Source: Octopus bimaculoides (lineage: Eukaryota). From it: DNA of 62,483 bases. The notes below the pieces were generated by a model. The model was not told where the DNA came from and made no database searches. It worked only from the letters and a program-made list of their open reading frames with translations. Numbering within the stretch: the first letter of the stretch is position 1; each line of letters begins with the position of its first letter. Shown piece by piece: positions 23,228 to 37,110 of this stretch. Location of the stretch: assembly GCF_001194135.2 (NCBI RefSeq), contig NC_068983.1, positions 133,684,051 through 133,746,533 of the forward strand, read 5' to 3'. The translations under genes and the position numbers were made by a program.

Positions 23228-24613
23228 CAGGGTGCCCACAAAGTCTGGGTACATGGGGATTAACATACTTTTAAAACAAAACAATTTTATTTAATTATAA
23301 TGTTAATAAATGATATTTTCAAAATGATTTCCATCATTTTCAATGTATAACTTGATGCGCCTTTCAAAATTCAGGTGAACTCGATGAAATAAGTCTACAT
23401 TGCCATCAATTTCAGCATACTGACTGGTAATGCGTTCTCTCGTGTGGTTTAAATCTGTAATCTTTATTGAGTAAACTTTCTCTTCCAACATGCCCCAGAA
23501 AAAGAAGTCAAGAGGAGAAAGGTCTGGTGAACGAGGGGACCATTCCACATGACCCCTTCTTCCAATCCAGTGAGGAAAAGTGTCATTAAGCCAATCTCTA
23601 ACAGTTGTGGCAAAATGGGCAGGGAAGTCCCTCGCCTAGGCGCTCCATTTGAAATATCAATTTGTCTCTCAACATGTTTAAATAAGTCTCACCCATTACA
23701 TGTTCATCAAAGCAGAAGTGTCTTAGCACATGAGCTTTCCACAAACCACACCACACCATCACCTTTTTGCTGCCTTGCTGTTTGGATGGATCCATCCAAT
23801 GTGGATCGCCTCGAGACAAGCATCGAAGATTCTGTCTGTTGACTTCACCATTTACATAAAACGTAGCTTCATCACTGAACAACACAAAGTTTTTAGTAAA
23901 ATTGATATTTTCATCCAATTTATCTGCAAACTATTCGTACATCTGCATTCGTCTATCAGGGTCGTCTTCCTTTAAATGATGCAATATCTGTAGCTTGTGT
24001 GGATGAAACTTTTCCTCAACCAGGATTTTGTGGATGGTCGATTTTGGAACACCTAACACCGTGGATGTCTGAAAAAGTGAACTTTGGCCATGACAGCCTC
24101 TTTCGTTTCAACTTTCTGGAATGCTTATACTCTTCCCGTGGTGGTAATCCTGTAGTTTTGCAAAAAAAGCAACAACTGCATTGGTCTCACCAGTCGGGAG
24201 TGTGCTGCGAAGCTCATAAGATCAGCCCCTCTCCTCATACCAACATATAAAAGATAAAAACACGAAACAGTATTTTATTACTATATATAGTAGTTTATAT
24301 AGTCACTGTACCTTAAACAGTAGTATATATAGTCACTGCACATTAAGCGGTAATTTATACAGTCACTACTTTAAAGTATGTTCCCCCACCACCACCACCA
24401 CCACCATTGTCAGAACAGCGGTTGTGAATGGCTAAAAGTAACTCTGTCCATTTCAGAATCATTTTTGCAATACTTATGATAAAATACATTTGATATAATG
24501 TGGCAGTAAAACAGGAAGTCTTCGTTTCACGAAAACACAATCTTGACACCACACAAGCTTTTCAATCCATCTAGAATGAATTTGATCTGACCAATATTTG
24601 TAGACACCACCTG
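23228..24613 (-). mobile_element. Tc1/mariner transposon, rosa/DD41D-like, degraded
   Basis: TA|CAGGGTGCCCACAAAGTCTGGGT TIR and a degenerate counterpart near 24588-24613. Motifs LGVPKSTIHKIL, KFHPHKLQILHHL, LFSDEATFYVNGEVNRQN, KVMVWCGLW and WSPRSPDLSPLDFFFWG; the QQDGA segment is deleted. Confidence 0.85.
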
Positions 24614-25172
24614 TTAACATTTCTTTATGCATGTGTCACTCATAATTAAAATGATCTTTTAATAAATAACGAGCAAACCGACGAAACCCTAATACAACCC
24701 AGCAGAACAACTGAAAAATAACTCTCAAAAACTGGAATATCTATAATTTCCTGTGAGTATTTTAAATTTCTTTCAAAATAAGTTTTAAAATTTGTATTTC
24801 CACAGTTTTCTCTGGCCGAACACACACACGATCATCTTTAAAAAGTTTAAAACTTTGATATCTGAGAAAGTCAACCATATAAAATTTGAAGCAATTCACA
24901 CAGCGACCTGTGATCAATCAACCCCTGTCTTCTATATTAACATCAACAAATATAATTTTACCCAGAAATATGTAAGTACTCAGAATTTTCTAAATTACAA
25001 ATTTCCTAATTAGTGCAAAAAGTTCCTGCACTATCAATATCTATCTCAAATACAAATACAATCTACATTAATTCTTCACTATTGTAGCATACGTTTCTGC
25101 ACAACTAAACACTCATGCAAGGAGTTAATCAATAATTAACAAACAAATATATCTTTTAAAAAAAACTCTAGG

Positions 25173-25652
25173 ATGACTACTCAACAACAAAAATCTAAAC
25201 AAAAATGGTCTGAGAATGAAATAGACCTTCTAATAAATTCATGGTACTGTCTTGCCCAAACAGAGAACATAGACGCATCATGCCGGAACTTAATAGCCAG
25301 ACGTACAGTCTTAAGAAATCGTTCCGAGATGCAGATTCAAAACAAACTTACACAAATTGAAGTGGCAATTAAATTAATTAACAGACATTTTGAAAATCTC
25401 CAACGTGTTTTCTTTACAAATACTGTTCAACAGCAACAACAACAACAACCTCGACAAAAACAACGACAACAACAACAACCATCACAGCAGCAACAACAAC
25501 TGACTCAGCCTCAATCTCTAGCACCCCTTAATTCAATCACAATTGATGACCTACTTAAGGAAACGGTTAACTGTTCAGATTCCAGCTGTTCACAGCTTAT
25601 TCAACCGGAGTTTGTTACCCACCCATCAAATCTTCAACAACAGCAAAAATAA
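25173..25652 (+). CDS. 159-aa ORF with Myb/SANT-like (trihelix) N-terminus and poly-Q tract; host gene or TE accessory ORF
   Basis: KQKWSENEIDLLINSW...LRNRSEMQIQNKLTQIE fits the W...L / R.x.Q...K pattern of Myb/SANT-like domains. Uninterrupted from ATG to stop. Confidence 0.45.
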   Translation: MTTQQQKSKQKWSENEIDLLINSWYCLAQTENIDASCRNLIARRTVLRNRSEMQIQNKLTQIEVAIKLINRHFENLQRVFFTNTVQQQQQQQPRQKQRQQQQPSQQQQQLTQPQSLAPLNSITIDDLLKETVNCSDSSCSQLIQPEFVTHPSNLQQQQK

Positions 25653-25879
25653 GGCAACAAGAATCACAACAACAACAATTAGAGCTACAACAACCACCAC
25701 AAAAGCAGCAAAAGACCCAGCTTCAACCTACTACTATCTCACTTTGTGCAACAATTTGGCCATTAAGGCCTTACAAAGAGAGGACGAACAAGGACAGACA
25801 AACATAAAGTATCTACGGGCTGGACGCAGACATTAATGGGATGAAGGTGATAACAACACAGATGAAATAATAATGATTC

Positions 25880-27665
25880 CCTAGAAATAGAAGAGCAAAT
25901 ATCAGAAAAATAAAAGAATTAACAAGAAAATCAACCAACTTAAAAACTGCCAACAACAACGCACCCATTCGACTGCCATTGCATCACTAGAATCGAAAAA
26001 ACATAACCTCCAAAAAAGCATGCTGACCATCATTAACAAACAAAGAGCAGTCGAGGAGAATTGGGCCACTGAGAAAATAAAACTCAATCCCAAAGTGTTC
26101 TTTTCCTTTGCAAGAAAAAAAAAAGACATAAAGTCGCTGTTTCCACTGTTGGTCCTCTGATTGATGAGAACAACACTCTACATGATGCTGCAAAATCCAT
26201 GTGCGAGATATTGCAGAGACAATACTGCTCTGTTTTCATTAACGCTAATGCGATTGATTTGGCTAGTATCAGTGAAGTAAACCCTCAACTAACTATATCT
26301 GACATAACTTTTAGTGCTCCTGATATCCTAACAGAAATAAATAAGATCAAGCACAACTCGGCAGTAGGTCCCGATAGGTTCCCAGCCACTGTCCTGAAGA
26401 TGTGTCGACATCAAATTGCACCCCATCTAGCTGAGTTCTGGAGGAACTCACTTGACGCAGGCTACATTCCTGATTATTCTCTTTCCCAGTCTGTCGTTCC
26501 AGTTTTCAAAAAGGGAAATAAATCTCTTGCAGCGAACTGCTGTCCGATTTCGCTCACCTCTCATATGATTAAGATATTTGAGAGGGTGGTGAGATCGCGA
26601 ATAACCCACTTCCTCGAAGACAGCAATCTGCTGAGCCCCAACCAGCATGGTTTCCGTGATAGCAGGGACTACCTGTCGCAGCTTCTGCACCATTTTGATG
26701 ACATTCTAAAAGCTTTGGGAGAAGGCTGCAACACTGATGTCATATACCTTGTTTTCAGCAAAGCATTTGAGAGAATGGACAACAAAATCTTGCTGAAGAA
26801 ACTGTCCAGCATTGGAATCCGTGAAAAGCTGCTTCAGTGGATAAAGTATTTCTGGACGAACAGAACCCATGTTGTGTTTGAGAGAATCCGATCAAACTCA
26901 GCCAAAGTTAGTAGTGGTGTTGAATAGTACTGTGTTGGGCCCACTCCTCTTCATTATCTACATCAATGACAGCAGACGTCATCAAATATTGTACACTGAA
27001 AATCTTTGCAGATGATTCCTAGCTCCAGAAGGCCATAAACGGTATGGGAGACCGAACATGGCTTCAGTCGGATCTGTTTGCTGTTGGCCAATGGGCAGAA
27101 AAAAAACAATATGTCATCCAACAACACCAGAGACTTTGGAGTAATTGTCAATAACAGTTTAAGCTGGAGATTCCACGTAAATAAAAAGGTTGACTTGGCT
27201 CACAAGATGCGCTCCTGGATTCTGAGAACTTTCTGGTCTAGAGATGTTCACACCATCATCCTTCTCCACTCTACTTTTGCTCGACCCCACCTTGAATATT
27301 ATTGCCTTCTGTCGTCTCCCCACACGAAGCAATTCATTATGAAAGTGGAAGCACTCCAGAGCTCAATAACAAGAAAGATAGACGGCATGACAAACATTGT
27401 CTATTGCGGTTGACAAAAATAACTCAGACTCTACTCTCTTCAATGCCGCCGTTGGAAACAGATACCATAAAATTCAAAAGTTCTAGGCACAAATTTCTCA
27501 AAAAAATCCCGGACCAACCTCCTACACCCAGATATGTCTCCAACAGTAATAACTCTTTTCTAGAGTGGGCCATGGTGCTCCATATATGACTAAAAGACTT
27601 CACCAGGTGGTGCTATTAAGTTGGACATGGCCTGAGCCTCTACTGGGCGAAACCTGAATTATCTA
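25880..27665 (+). mobile_element. CR1-clade LINE (linker + RT + 3' end), degraded
   Basis: KLNPKVFFSFARKK, VGPLIDENN, SAVGPDRFP, PISLTSHMIKIFERVV, NQHGFR, DVIYLVFSKAF, SGV(PQG), LKIFADDS, DFGVIVNNSLSW and RPHLEYYC. Confidence 0.88.
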
Positions 27666-27889
27666 AGCGTATATTCAATATTCTGGTGATAGAGAAGGTG
27701 ATAGGGAAGAAAGAAGTAAAATCTCTGGTGTGGTGTTCTATCGTTCTCTCGCCACGTCACTTCTTTTCCTTTCCTTCTCTTTTTTTTGTGTTTTGTTCTG
27801 TTTTGTTTCGTTTCGTTTCGTTCTCTTCGTAACAAGAGATAATTATCGTTCAATGTAAAATATTGAATATTGATTACCTCCGCGTGAAA

Positions 27890-28070
27890 GATGACGTTTA
27901 CTCCGGAAATGAAGAAACACATTGAAAGTATTGAAGATGTCATTAATGAGGCCACATAATTTCACATTGACGGATGTGCTAACAAGGGAGCCTCCACGTG
28001 GTTCTTCGACCTGCTAGATAGAACAGCCAAATTTCTCTTAAATCATGCCTTCCCGCCATGGAAAGAGACA
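27890..28070 (+). mobile_element. Possible CRE-like RLE retrotransposon remnant
   Basis: IESIEDVINEAT*FHIDGCANKGASTWF resembles the KGASSWL motif; very short. Confidence 0.2.
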
Positions 28071-28839
28071 TACTAGACAATGTGATTCTGGGTTCCCTGC
28101 AAGTGGGAAAAAGTGGGAATAGTCACGGTTGGAATGCATTTGATCATATGTCTGCTCTATTTGGACAGACTTGAGTTTAAACAATAACAGTTACAATATA
28201 CCTGAGGAACGGAATAAACAAAAGAATGAACAGAGCTCCACCCTTACGTAACTAACGACTATATCTACCAGACATTCTTATGAAGCAATTCCTGTTTGTA
28301 TAGAAATGAGAGCTGCATTTCGTTCAGGTACGGGAAGTTCACTTTGCAACCATATAATATTGACTACATCGAGTAACGTTCTGTAATTTAGAAACAGTAA
28401 AGTAGCGATTCCAAAAACAGAGATCGATAAAATAAACACCAGACTGAAATAAATAATGAGATCGATATGATTGACTAAAACACTTGATGTTAGTAGCCTA
28501 ACTGCTGAATAGCAGCTACCAGTGGTGGTGAAGCTGGCTAATTGTAGTCTCTTACTCTTCCACATGGGATGATGATATCAAACGCTTTCTGGTAGCCCAG
28601 CCATACTACATGCATATTCCTGTAGTTTTACCCTGCATTATTTTGTTAAATAATAGCCACCCTATACAGTTCCACGCTTCCTCCCTGTCCAGCTGTTGAT
28701 GATTCAATAAATCTATAATCCAGTGTATAACTTGTACATATTGTCAACCCTGGATAATAGATGGAAATTTTTTTACTTGAGTGGATTGGCTAATTTTGAA
28801 ATGAAAATAAGGCAGTTGTCAGCTATTTAAACGGTCTAG

Positions 28840-30140
28840 CGTTCCCACAACGCTATTTCTTCTATAAAGGGTTATCAAAATTTTAAAGATCTGGTCCAAG
28901 AGATTTTCTGTTTATCATTTTATCTTTAAGACTTTTACCAGTTTTTGCCATTTATTCCGTATTTTTCTTGTTCAATATGTTAACAGCATTCTTAATGTAG
29001 TTCTTCCATTCGTGCAGCTTACTCTTTGAGTTTATCTTCTTTTTTTTTTTTTTTTTTTTTTTTTTNNNNNNNNNNNNNNNNNNNNNNNNNNNNNNNNNNN
29101 NNNNNNNNNNNNNNNNNNNNNNNNNNNNNNNNNNNNNNNNNNNNNNNNNNNNNNNNNNNNNNNNNNNNNNNNNNNNNNNNNNNNNNNNNNNNNNNNNNNN
29201 NNNNNNNNNNNNNNNNNNNNNNNNNNNNNNNNNNNNNNNNNNNNNNNNNNNNNNNNNNNNNNNNNNNNNNNNNNNNNNNNNNNNNNNNNNNNNNNNNNNN
29301 NNNNNNNNNNNNNNNNNNNNNNNNNNNNNNNNNNNNNNNNNNNNNNNNNNNNNNNNNNNNNNNNNNNNNNNNNNNNNNNNNNNNNNNNNNNNNNNNNNNN
29401 NNNNNNNNNNNNNNNNNNNNNNNNNNNNNNNNNNNNNNNNNNNNNNNNNNNNNNNNNNNNNNNNNNNNNNNNNNNNNNNNNNNNNNNNNNNNNNNNNNNN
29501 NNNNNNNNNNNNNNNNNNNNNNNNNNNNNNNNNNNNNNNNNNNNNNNNNNNNNNNNNNNNNNNNNNNNNNNNNNNNNNNNNNNNNNNNNNNNNNNNNNNN
29601 NNNNNNNNNNNNNNNNNNNNNNNNNNNNNNNNNNNNNNNNNNNNNNNNNNNNNNNNNNNNNNNNNNNNNNNNNNNNNNNNNNNNNNNNNNNNNNNNNNNN
29701 NNNNNNNNNNNNNNNNNNNNNNNNNNNNNNNNNNNNNNNNNNNNNNNNNNNNNNNNNNNTATATATACAGATGCTGCTGTTCTTGTTTCAGCTGAGGGAG
29801 TTTAAAGTTTCTAATTTTATCCACAAATTGTTTCACTAATGCCTGGGGTATTTTCCTAATGTTTTGTGGTGAATGTAAATATTACAACTCATAATTAAGA
29901 GAATCAACAGACACATGCATCAGCTGTGTTGATTTTATGCCATTTGCCTGGGTACCTTGGAAACTTGAACCTTTAGTTAATTTCCTGTTATCTCATTAAA
30001 TACAGCGATTTCAATTTAGGATAGCTTTTTTCTGATATTTTTATATAGTCTGTCAATCTTTGTGCGGTTTCCATCATTTCATTTCAAATCTTTAATAGGA
30101 TATTAGAGAGATTTCGGTATCCGTCTCTCCAGCTTTAGAA
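28840..30140 (-). mobile_element. Possible degraded LINE linker fragment spanning a gap
   Basis: Lys-rich broken frames (KQFVDKIRNFKLPQLKQEQQHL; SKLHEWKNYIKN) similar in character to the CR1 linker; no diagnostic motif. Confidence 0.25.
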
Positions 30141-30327
30141 CTTCATATAAATTGTCGACGACCATGAAAGATCACGTCTGTTGTACCCTTTCACTGCCTT
30201 CGGAAATATTACCGTTTGGTGTTATGCCACTGTTAGTTCTCAAGTTTACTATAGCGTGTGTCACAAGATTCTTATTTCGGACCAATTTACAGCTAAACTG
30301 TTTAACATGTTTTTTTTTTCTTGTTTT

Positions 30328-30723
30328 ATGTTTTATTTGTTTCACTCATTTGACCGCAACCACACTGAGGCACCGCCTTGAAAAATTTTTAGTCGAATGA
30401 ATTTACCCCAGTACTGGTATTTATTCTGTCGGTCTCTTTTGCCGAACCGCTAAGCTACGGATTTGTAACCATGCTAACACCGAATGTCAAGCTATGCTGG
30501 GGAACAAACATAAACACAAAGGCACATACAAGTGTATGCATGTATGTATGTATGTACATACGACAGGCTTCTCTCAGTTTCTATCTACCAAATCCACTCA
30601 CAAGGCTTTGGTCTGCCCGAGGATATAGTTGAAGACGCCTACTTTAGGTGCCACGCAGTGGGACTGAACCCGGAACCATGTGGTTGAGAAGCAAGCTTCT
30701 TACCACACAGCCACGCCTGCGCC
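30328..30723 (-). mobile_element. SINE family A, full length
   Basis: Reverse complement of family A from head (AGGCGCAGGCGTGGCTGTGTGGTAAG) to tail. Confidence 0.9.
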
Positions 30724-32431
30724 TATTTGTTAAGGTGTGTGTGAGATTAAAGTTTATTTCTGACTGGTTGATATTCCACATGTGTGTCAGTGTGTCAGTC
30801 TTAGCATTAAGCTAACACATTTGGCTTACATTGTATATATTTCGTATATAACACCTTGCTAAGGTGGCAATTCCATTTTATACTATGGATACGGTTACGA
30901 GTGGGACGATAAAACTCACATTTTATCATAATATTGTCAGTTTGCAGCTAATTTAATTTTAAGTAGGTGATGATGTTCTTTAAAAGTTTTCACAAGTTTT
31001 AAATGAAGGTTAAATTTAAAGTTATTCCCAGTTTGAGATTTCTTTGAGAAGAGTATTTTTGAAATAATCCTTGTTTTATTTTTTATATATGTAATGATAC
31101 GGTACAAATATGTGAAGTGATATTTGTATGTGACCTTTACTTCGTTCTGCAGTTCAACATTTGTACAATATTGTGTTGCTTTCACATAAATGCAACTAAA
31201 TTGACCTCTGCGGTCGCCTTTATGATATATGTTTATATATATATACATCTGTTCATGCATACGCATGTGTTTGCATCAATGAATGTATCTGTGTGTTTTT
31301 TCCACACACTTATACACAAGCAGATATATTGATATGTATGTATATGTTTATGTATGTGTGTGTAGAGAGAGAGAATGTGGAGGCGTTTGTGTGTCTAAAT
31401 ATATATATATGTCTGTAAGCATATGTGTAGTGTGTCTGCGTGTTTGAGTGCATGTGTATGTTTGTATGCATGTACAAATTCTAAATAATAATGAAAAAAA
31501 AGCCCATAGAGTTATATAAATTGGTCACACACAGACAGAATGGCGTCGTAAAGAAATAGTTCAAAAGGATGTAATTTCAGCCAAGCAATAAATTTCAATG
31601 TAATTTACCACCCTGCTAAATTACTAATTTACCAGTCCGTTAAATTACTTAACAAAATTATCAAATTCATATCTAAATGCTATCATGAAAATAAATGCTA
31701 TTTTGAAATAAACTAAAGACTTCGGCGCCATTTCTCCTATGCTTAAACGAGAATCACGTGAAGTTCACCGTCTCATCATGACCACCAAAGACATTTCACA
31801 ATCAGTCTTTTCAGGGAGTCTTCACTCGGTTGCCAAATATTCTAGAAATAGCAACCAAATCTCCTTCGCTGTATACCTTTCTGTCTTAAGAAATGAAAGG
31901 CATATTAAATGTAATCGGAGACGCACACCTCTCCAGAGAAAGGCGAAATGACCATGGTTGGAACGGCTAATCAAAGGTGTTTAACTTCACTATATTTAAA
32001 GTCGGGAGGTAAGCGTTGCCGCTATCGGAATTCAAACTTCTGTATTCTCACTTCAGAACAACCTCATCATTTGACACGAAGACTATCCGACGCTATTTCT
32101 CAATTACGATTCAATTTTGGATTTCCACAAGGAAGAACAATCACCACAGTTTGTATGAATTTCATCAAACTAAAGTTACTGTTGTTGTTAATAGTGGTGG
32201 GGAGGGTTGCGGTGGTGGTGGGGATTATCGTTGCTGCCGTAGTAATGGAGGATAGGGGTTATCCTGATTGAAGAGACTTATTAAATGTTTCAACTATGAA
32301 CAACCTGCTTTTGTATACCTAACAATATATTTCTAATTCGTTCTTTCCTTTTTAAATCAGTCGGCTGTGATTTGACGATGTCTCCTCATTAGTCAATAGC
32401 ACTATTGCATTGTGTGCGCGTGTATATGTAC

Positions 32432-32477
<46 letters not shown>

Positions 32478-32608
32478 TCAATGTGTGTAAGTAGTGTGTG
32501 TGTGTGTGCGNNNNNNNNNNNNNNNNNNNNNNNNNNNNNNNNNNNNNNNNNNNNNNNNNNNNNNNNNNNNNNNNNNNNNNNNNNNNNNNNNNNNNNNNNN
32601 NNNNNNNN

Positions 32609-32680
<72 letters not shown>

Positions 32681-33331
32681 TCCCGCCCTTCATCAATCCC
32701 ATTACTTTCTCTTTTTTTATTTACTTATTTGATTGGTGTGAGAAATAATATCAAAATCCATCCCTTTAGAATTTATTAGTTGCGCTATTTTTACTAATAC
32801 CGCTACTACTACAACTGTTGCTGCCACTACTGTTACTACGAAGACCACCATCACCACCACTATTACTTCAGCTGTTGTCACGTCAACCACAGCTTCCTAT
32901 TTGGTAGCTTCACTTCTTTGAGGCCATTGGTCTTTTGATTCACCGTGTTCAATGCCAAAGAAAAGGAGACGGAAAGAAAGAAGAGAATGTACAGGAAATA
33001 CAGCCGAATACCAAGTTAACTGACCAACTACGAGCATTCAACCAAAACGACTGACCTACATAAAACAAAATTATAACAGGAACCCATTAATATCAATCAG
33101 TAACCTTGCGCAAACTAAATGCAGTGGAATTACATCAATAACCTGGTCGTAGTTGGTGCGACAAAATTTTGACACCAAATAATAAATCTATAAATGAAGT
33201 TAGCGGGCTTTGTGTGTCTTTAAATGGTTAATGTGTATCTTCCATGCAGCTATCGTGTTAGTTTCAACACATGGTCATAGATCAAAGCACTTGCCCGGCA
33301 AGTACACCTCCATAACATGCACATACATACA

Positions 33332-33362
<31 letters not shown>

Positions 33363-33444
33363 GTACATGCACGCATACAAACACACATACAGACACACAT
33401 GTATATACACATGCATATATAACATATGTATGTATAAATGCAAA

Positions 33445-33489
<45 letters not shown>

Positions 33490-34124
33490 ATGTATATAAA
33501 TATACATACAGATAGAGAGATAAACAAACAAATACACTCACATACGCACATCGTAAAATTGAGGAAATCAGAGACAGTGTGCATCCGGATTCATGGACAT
33601 ATGTATGTGTGCACACACATCACTTTCGCACAAACCTCACACACATGCACACACACACACACACACAAACGCACATACAAATGCAACACAATTCATGATG
33701 TATTTAATAAGCTTCATTATTGTAATACAGACGCTACATAATGTTATTATTATATGAAAATCAGTTATATTTGTTGAAGTTTTAAATACAAAGGTCGATT
33801 TTGCTTTAAGAGTTTGGTACAGTCGTGACTAAGACAAACATGTGAAACCTTCATTGAGATAAATTTCTTCCATGTTTATAATTACCCTGTCACGCAGCTT
33901 CCACTAACGTTAGACAATTTTCCTTTCTTTTTCTGTCGTATAACCACTTGATTTCCTAATATCTTCATATTCTCTTATTTGTGCACGTTTCACAGTTGGT
34001 ATCCAGAATATTTCCGCCGATGGTTGTGAATTACGAGTTGAGATGTTAATTTGAGCAACAGCAGAATATTGTACTGAATAATGGAGAGCTAAAAATGTTG
34101 TGAGGAACCACATGGTCTGACCAG

Positions 34125-34160
<36 letters not shown>

Positions 34161-34304
34161 AGTTTAAACATGAACAAACAAGAAAAAACACGAAAAAACA
34201 ACGCGAGAACATGGAATAAGTACAGTGTTATTTATATATATATATATATATACAGTAACACATACAGTAACTTAATGTTCTATATCGTGTTATGAGTGGT
34301 CGTA

Positions 34305-34470
34305 GGTATGGCCGCCATGTGGTTAAGATTTTTGCTTCGCAATCACGAGATTTCAAGTGTGATCTCCTGATAGTGTACCTTACTCAAGTAAATATCTTCT
34401 ACTATAGCCTTGAATTAACCCAAATTTTGTGATTTAAGGTGTTGATGGAAATTTATAAGAATCTGTAGGA
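34305..34470 (+). mobile_element. Very degraded SINE family A 5' half
   Basis: ATGTGGTTAAGATTTTTGCTTCGCAATCAC...TCTTCTACTATAGCC...GATGGAAAT. Confidence 0.5.
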
Positions 34471-35398
34471 TGAATTTTATCTGTTCTTTAAAACCACTAC
34501 CTTGCCATTGAATGCCGAGAGTTGTGTCCAATCAATTGAACTATGATGATAGAATTAATCCCCAAGTTTAAAACAAACAACTGGGCAGGGGTGTCTTTCG
34601 CTGAGTCCACTGTGTTGTTAGTATTTAGACCAGGTTTCGAGTACGAGGGTACTATGATATTTCAACCTTTCTCCAGTAAAAAGGTAATGACAGCCAATTG
34701 TCCTCTTCCGACGAAGCCAACACAAAAATGTTTATGTGAGCTTGCACCAACCCAAAAACACCAAAATCAGAAAGACATTTCGATTCGATGGCGCTCACCA
34801 ACACAAGTGGATTGTTATTTTACAAACGAGGACTAGAATAATCCCGCTTGATTATATTCTCTATTGATTATCTGCTGTAGTTTTATTGTTGACATTTCTT
34901 TGCGAAACGTATTCGACAATATCTGTAATTCCACCATTAGACCATATCAATATTCACAGACGTTTAGGAATTTCGTCTATTCATTTATTTGTTTATTCAT
35001 TTATCTTTTGTTCCATTTCATGTTCTTTTCTGTAAAGGGCAATTATTTCACAGTAAGTGACACAAAAGAAGATGAAGAAATTGGTTACAAATGGTTTTAA
35101 AATAAAAAAGTGCTTTGCCGTGGTAAGAAGGTGAGCACCCAGTTAACCCGTAATCTGAGTGTCGATTTCGATTCTTGATTGGAGTTATTTCACTTCGCTT
35201 ACATCGTTGATAATTTTTGGCAAAATATTTTTTTTTAAATGTATTCTTTCTCAAGAAATTATGCATATGGTTGATAACAAAAGAAAGAAATCTTTATAAA
35301 TGTCTGTAAGATTAAAATGGATGAACCAAGAATGGGAATTTTCCATAAAGCGGGGCAAGATGTAAAGGGGGATACGTTTAAGTAAGAATGTACTCTTA

Positions 35399-36535
35399 CG
35401 AGGGGAAGCTGAAAGTCCCTGGCTTTGGGTAAAAAAAATCAGAAGGATCAGTTAATTATGATTTCGTTCAATATATTTCCCTCTCACATTCACACACTTA
35501 TTGCATCAGTTCTTCAGTTTTACTATGCCCTGTAAAAAGAACTGGGAAAGTAGAGTTTCCAGCCAAGCCTTTGTAGTAGCGATCACTTCTGAATCGGAGT
35601 GAAATTTCGTCCCTTGAGATGTTTCTTCAGTTGTAGAAAGAGGTGATTGTCGCAGGAGGAAAGTCAGGAGAGTAAAGTGGGTGGTCTACCAGTTCGAAGC
35701 TAAAATCGCATATTTTCCGTAGAGTTTCATGTGTTGTGCGTGCTGGTGCATTGTCCTGCAAAAACGGGACACCATGGCTCAGCTTTCCACGGCGTTTCTG
35801 CTTCAATGCTTCATGCTATTCGTCCAACAGAGACATGTAGTATTCTGCGTTGATGTGCACCCCTTTGACAAGAGTACTTCGTCTTTGTCTCAGAACACTG
35901 AAGCCAGAATCTTTCCAGCTGACTTCTTCGTCCGAAACTTCTTGGGATGCGGTGAACTGCTGTGACGCCTTCTCCATTGATTGCTGCTTAGTCTGGGGAT
36001 CATAATGATGAAGTCAAGTTTCATCCATAGTGACTAAACGAGCCATGAATTCAGCCTTACTCGCTGCAAAGGTCCAAAATCACATTTGATGTTATCACTC
36101 TGATGCGCTTCTGAACTGCGTTCAGGCTTTTCGGCACCCATTTTACGCAAAGCTTCTCTCATCTCCAGAATGTTGTGGATGAAGTGGCCAACTCTTTCGC
36201 GAAAACTCCCCAGTCTCAGCTATGACTTCAGCTAAAATCCGGTGGTCCTCGAGAATCGTGACGCGCACAGTGTAGGCTTTGTCATCTGTGGTCGCGGAAG
36301 TTGGACGTCCTGACTGGGGTTCATCTGTGACCTGGAAATGACCAGTCCGAAACCTTGACATCCAGATTTTCCCTGTGGAGTAAGATGGCAGCCATTCTTC
36401 AAGACTTTCTTCATCTCGCCATGGATTTCTGCGGCTCCCTTTACCTAACAAAAAGAGGAACTTCATAACTGCCCGTTCTTCATTTTTACCAAAATTCACT
36501 GTAGGAGTTGCCATCATGTATTAAATCTGAAAAAA
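35399..36535 (-). mobile_element. mariner (DD34D-type) transposon, degraded
   Basis: TA|CGAGGGGAAGCTGAAAGTCCCTGGCTTT TIR. ERAVMKFLFL, DEPQSGRPTSATT, WVPKSL, INAEYYMSLL, FLQDNAPA and VDHPLYSPD. Confidence 0.88.
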
Positions 36536-36639
36536 TGGAAAGAGAAATATATTGTATACCATAATGATTTTTTGCATATCTTCTAAATATTAGGTCATCC
36601 CATGAATAATGTGTTTTTTATACTTCTTTTATTTTTCAA

Positions 36640-37110
36640 AATTAAAATAAACAAAGTTCTTTTTTAATCTAAAATATACTCTCTTTCATTTTCTACAGTG
36701 CTCTTCCATCTATCTGGTAGACTTGCAAGGCCCCCTCTTCCAAAATTCACTTATTCCTCCAGTTCTCTTCTGACCTCATCTACAGAATTCATATTTTTTC
36801 CGTCTAAATGATTTTGAAGACTGCGAAATAAATGATAATCAGATGGAGCAATGTCCGGCGAATATGGTGGTAGGGGCATCGTTTCCCATTCAAACTGCTC
36901 CAGCAGTTGGAATGTCATCCCCGCTATATGTGTCCGTGCATTATTAGATTGAAGAACACCTTTCGTCTTGTAACTGCTTTTGTTACCAACTTTGATTCTC
37001 CGCAAATCCCAAATCTTATTTTGGTTTGCAGGAGTAACTGTTTCATCGAAGGCACATATTGTCGTAATTGCTCGAAATGAGGAGTACAGAAACAGCCGAC
37101 AACTGATGAA
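36640..37110 (-). mobile_element. Second mariner transposase fragment (C-terminal)
   Basis: VLQSNNARTH..., WETMPLPPYSPDIAPSDYHLFRSLQNHLDGKNMNSVDEV. Confidence 0.85.

Noticed and set aside
28278-28565. 95-aa hydrophobic minus ORF as a GPCR fragment
   Set aside because: No receptor motifs; the hydrophobicity comes from T-rich sequence.
34642-34720. TACGAGGG as the start of another mariner element
   Set aside because: No matching opposite TIR or transposase sequence was found nearby.
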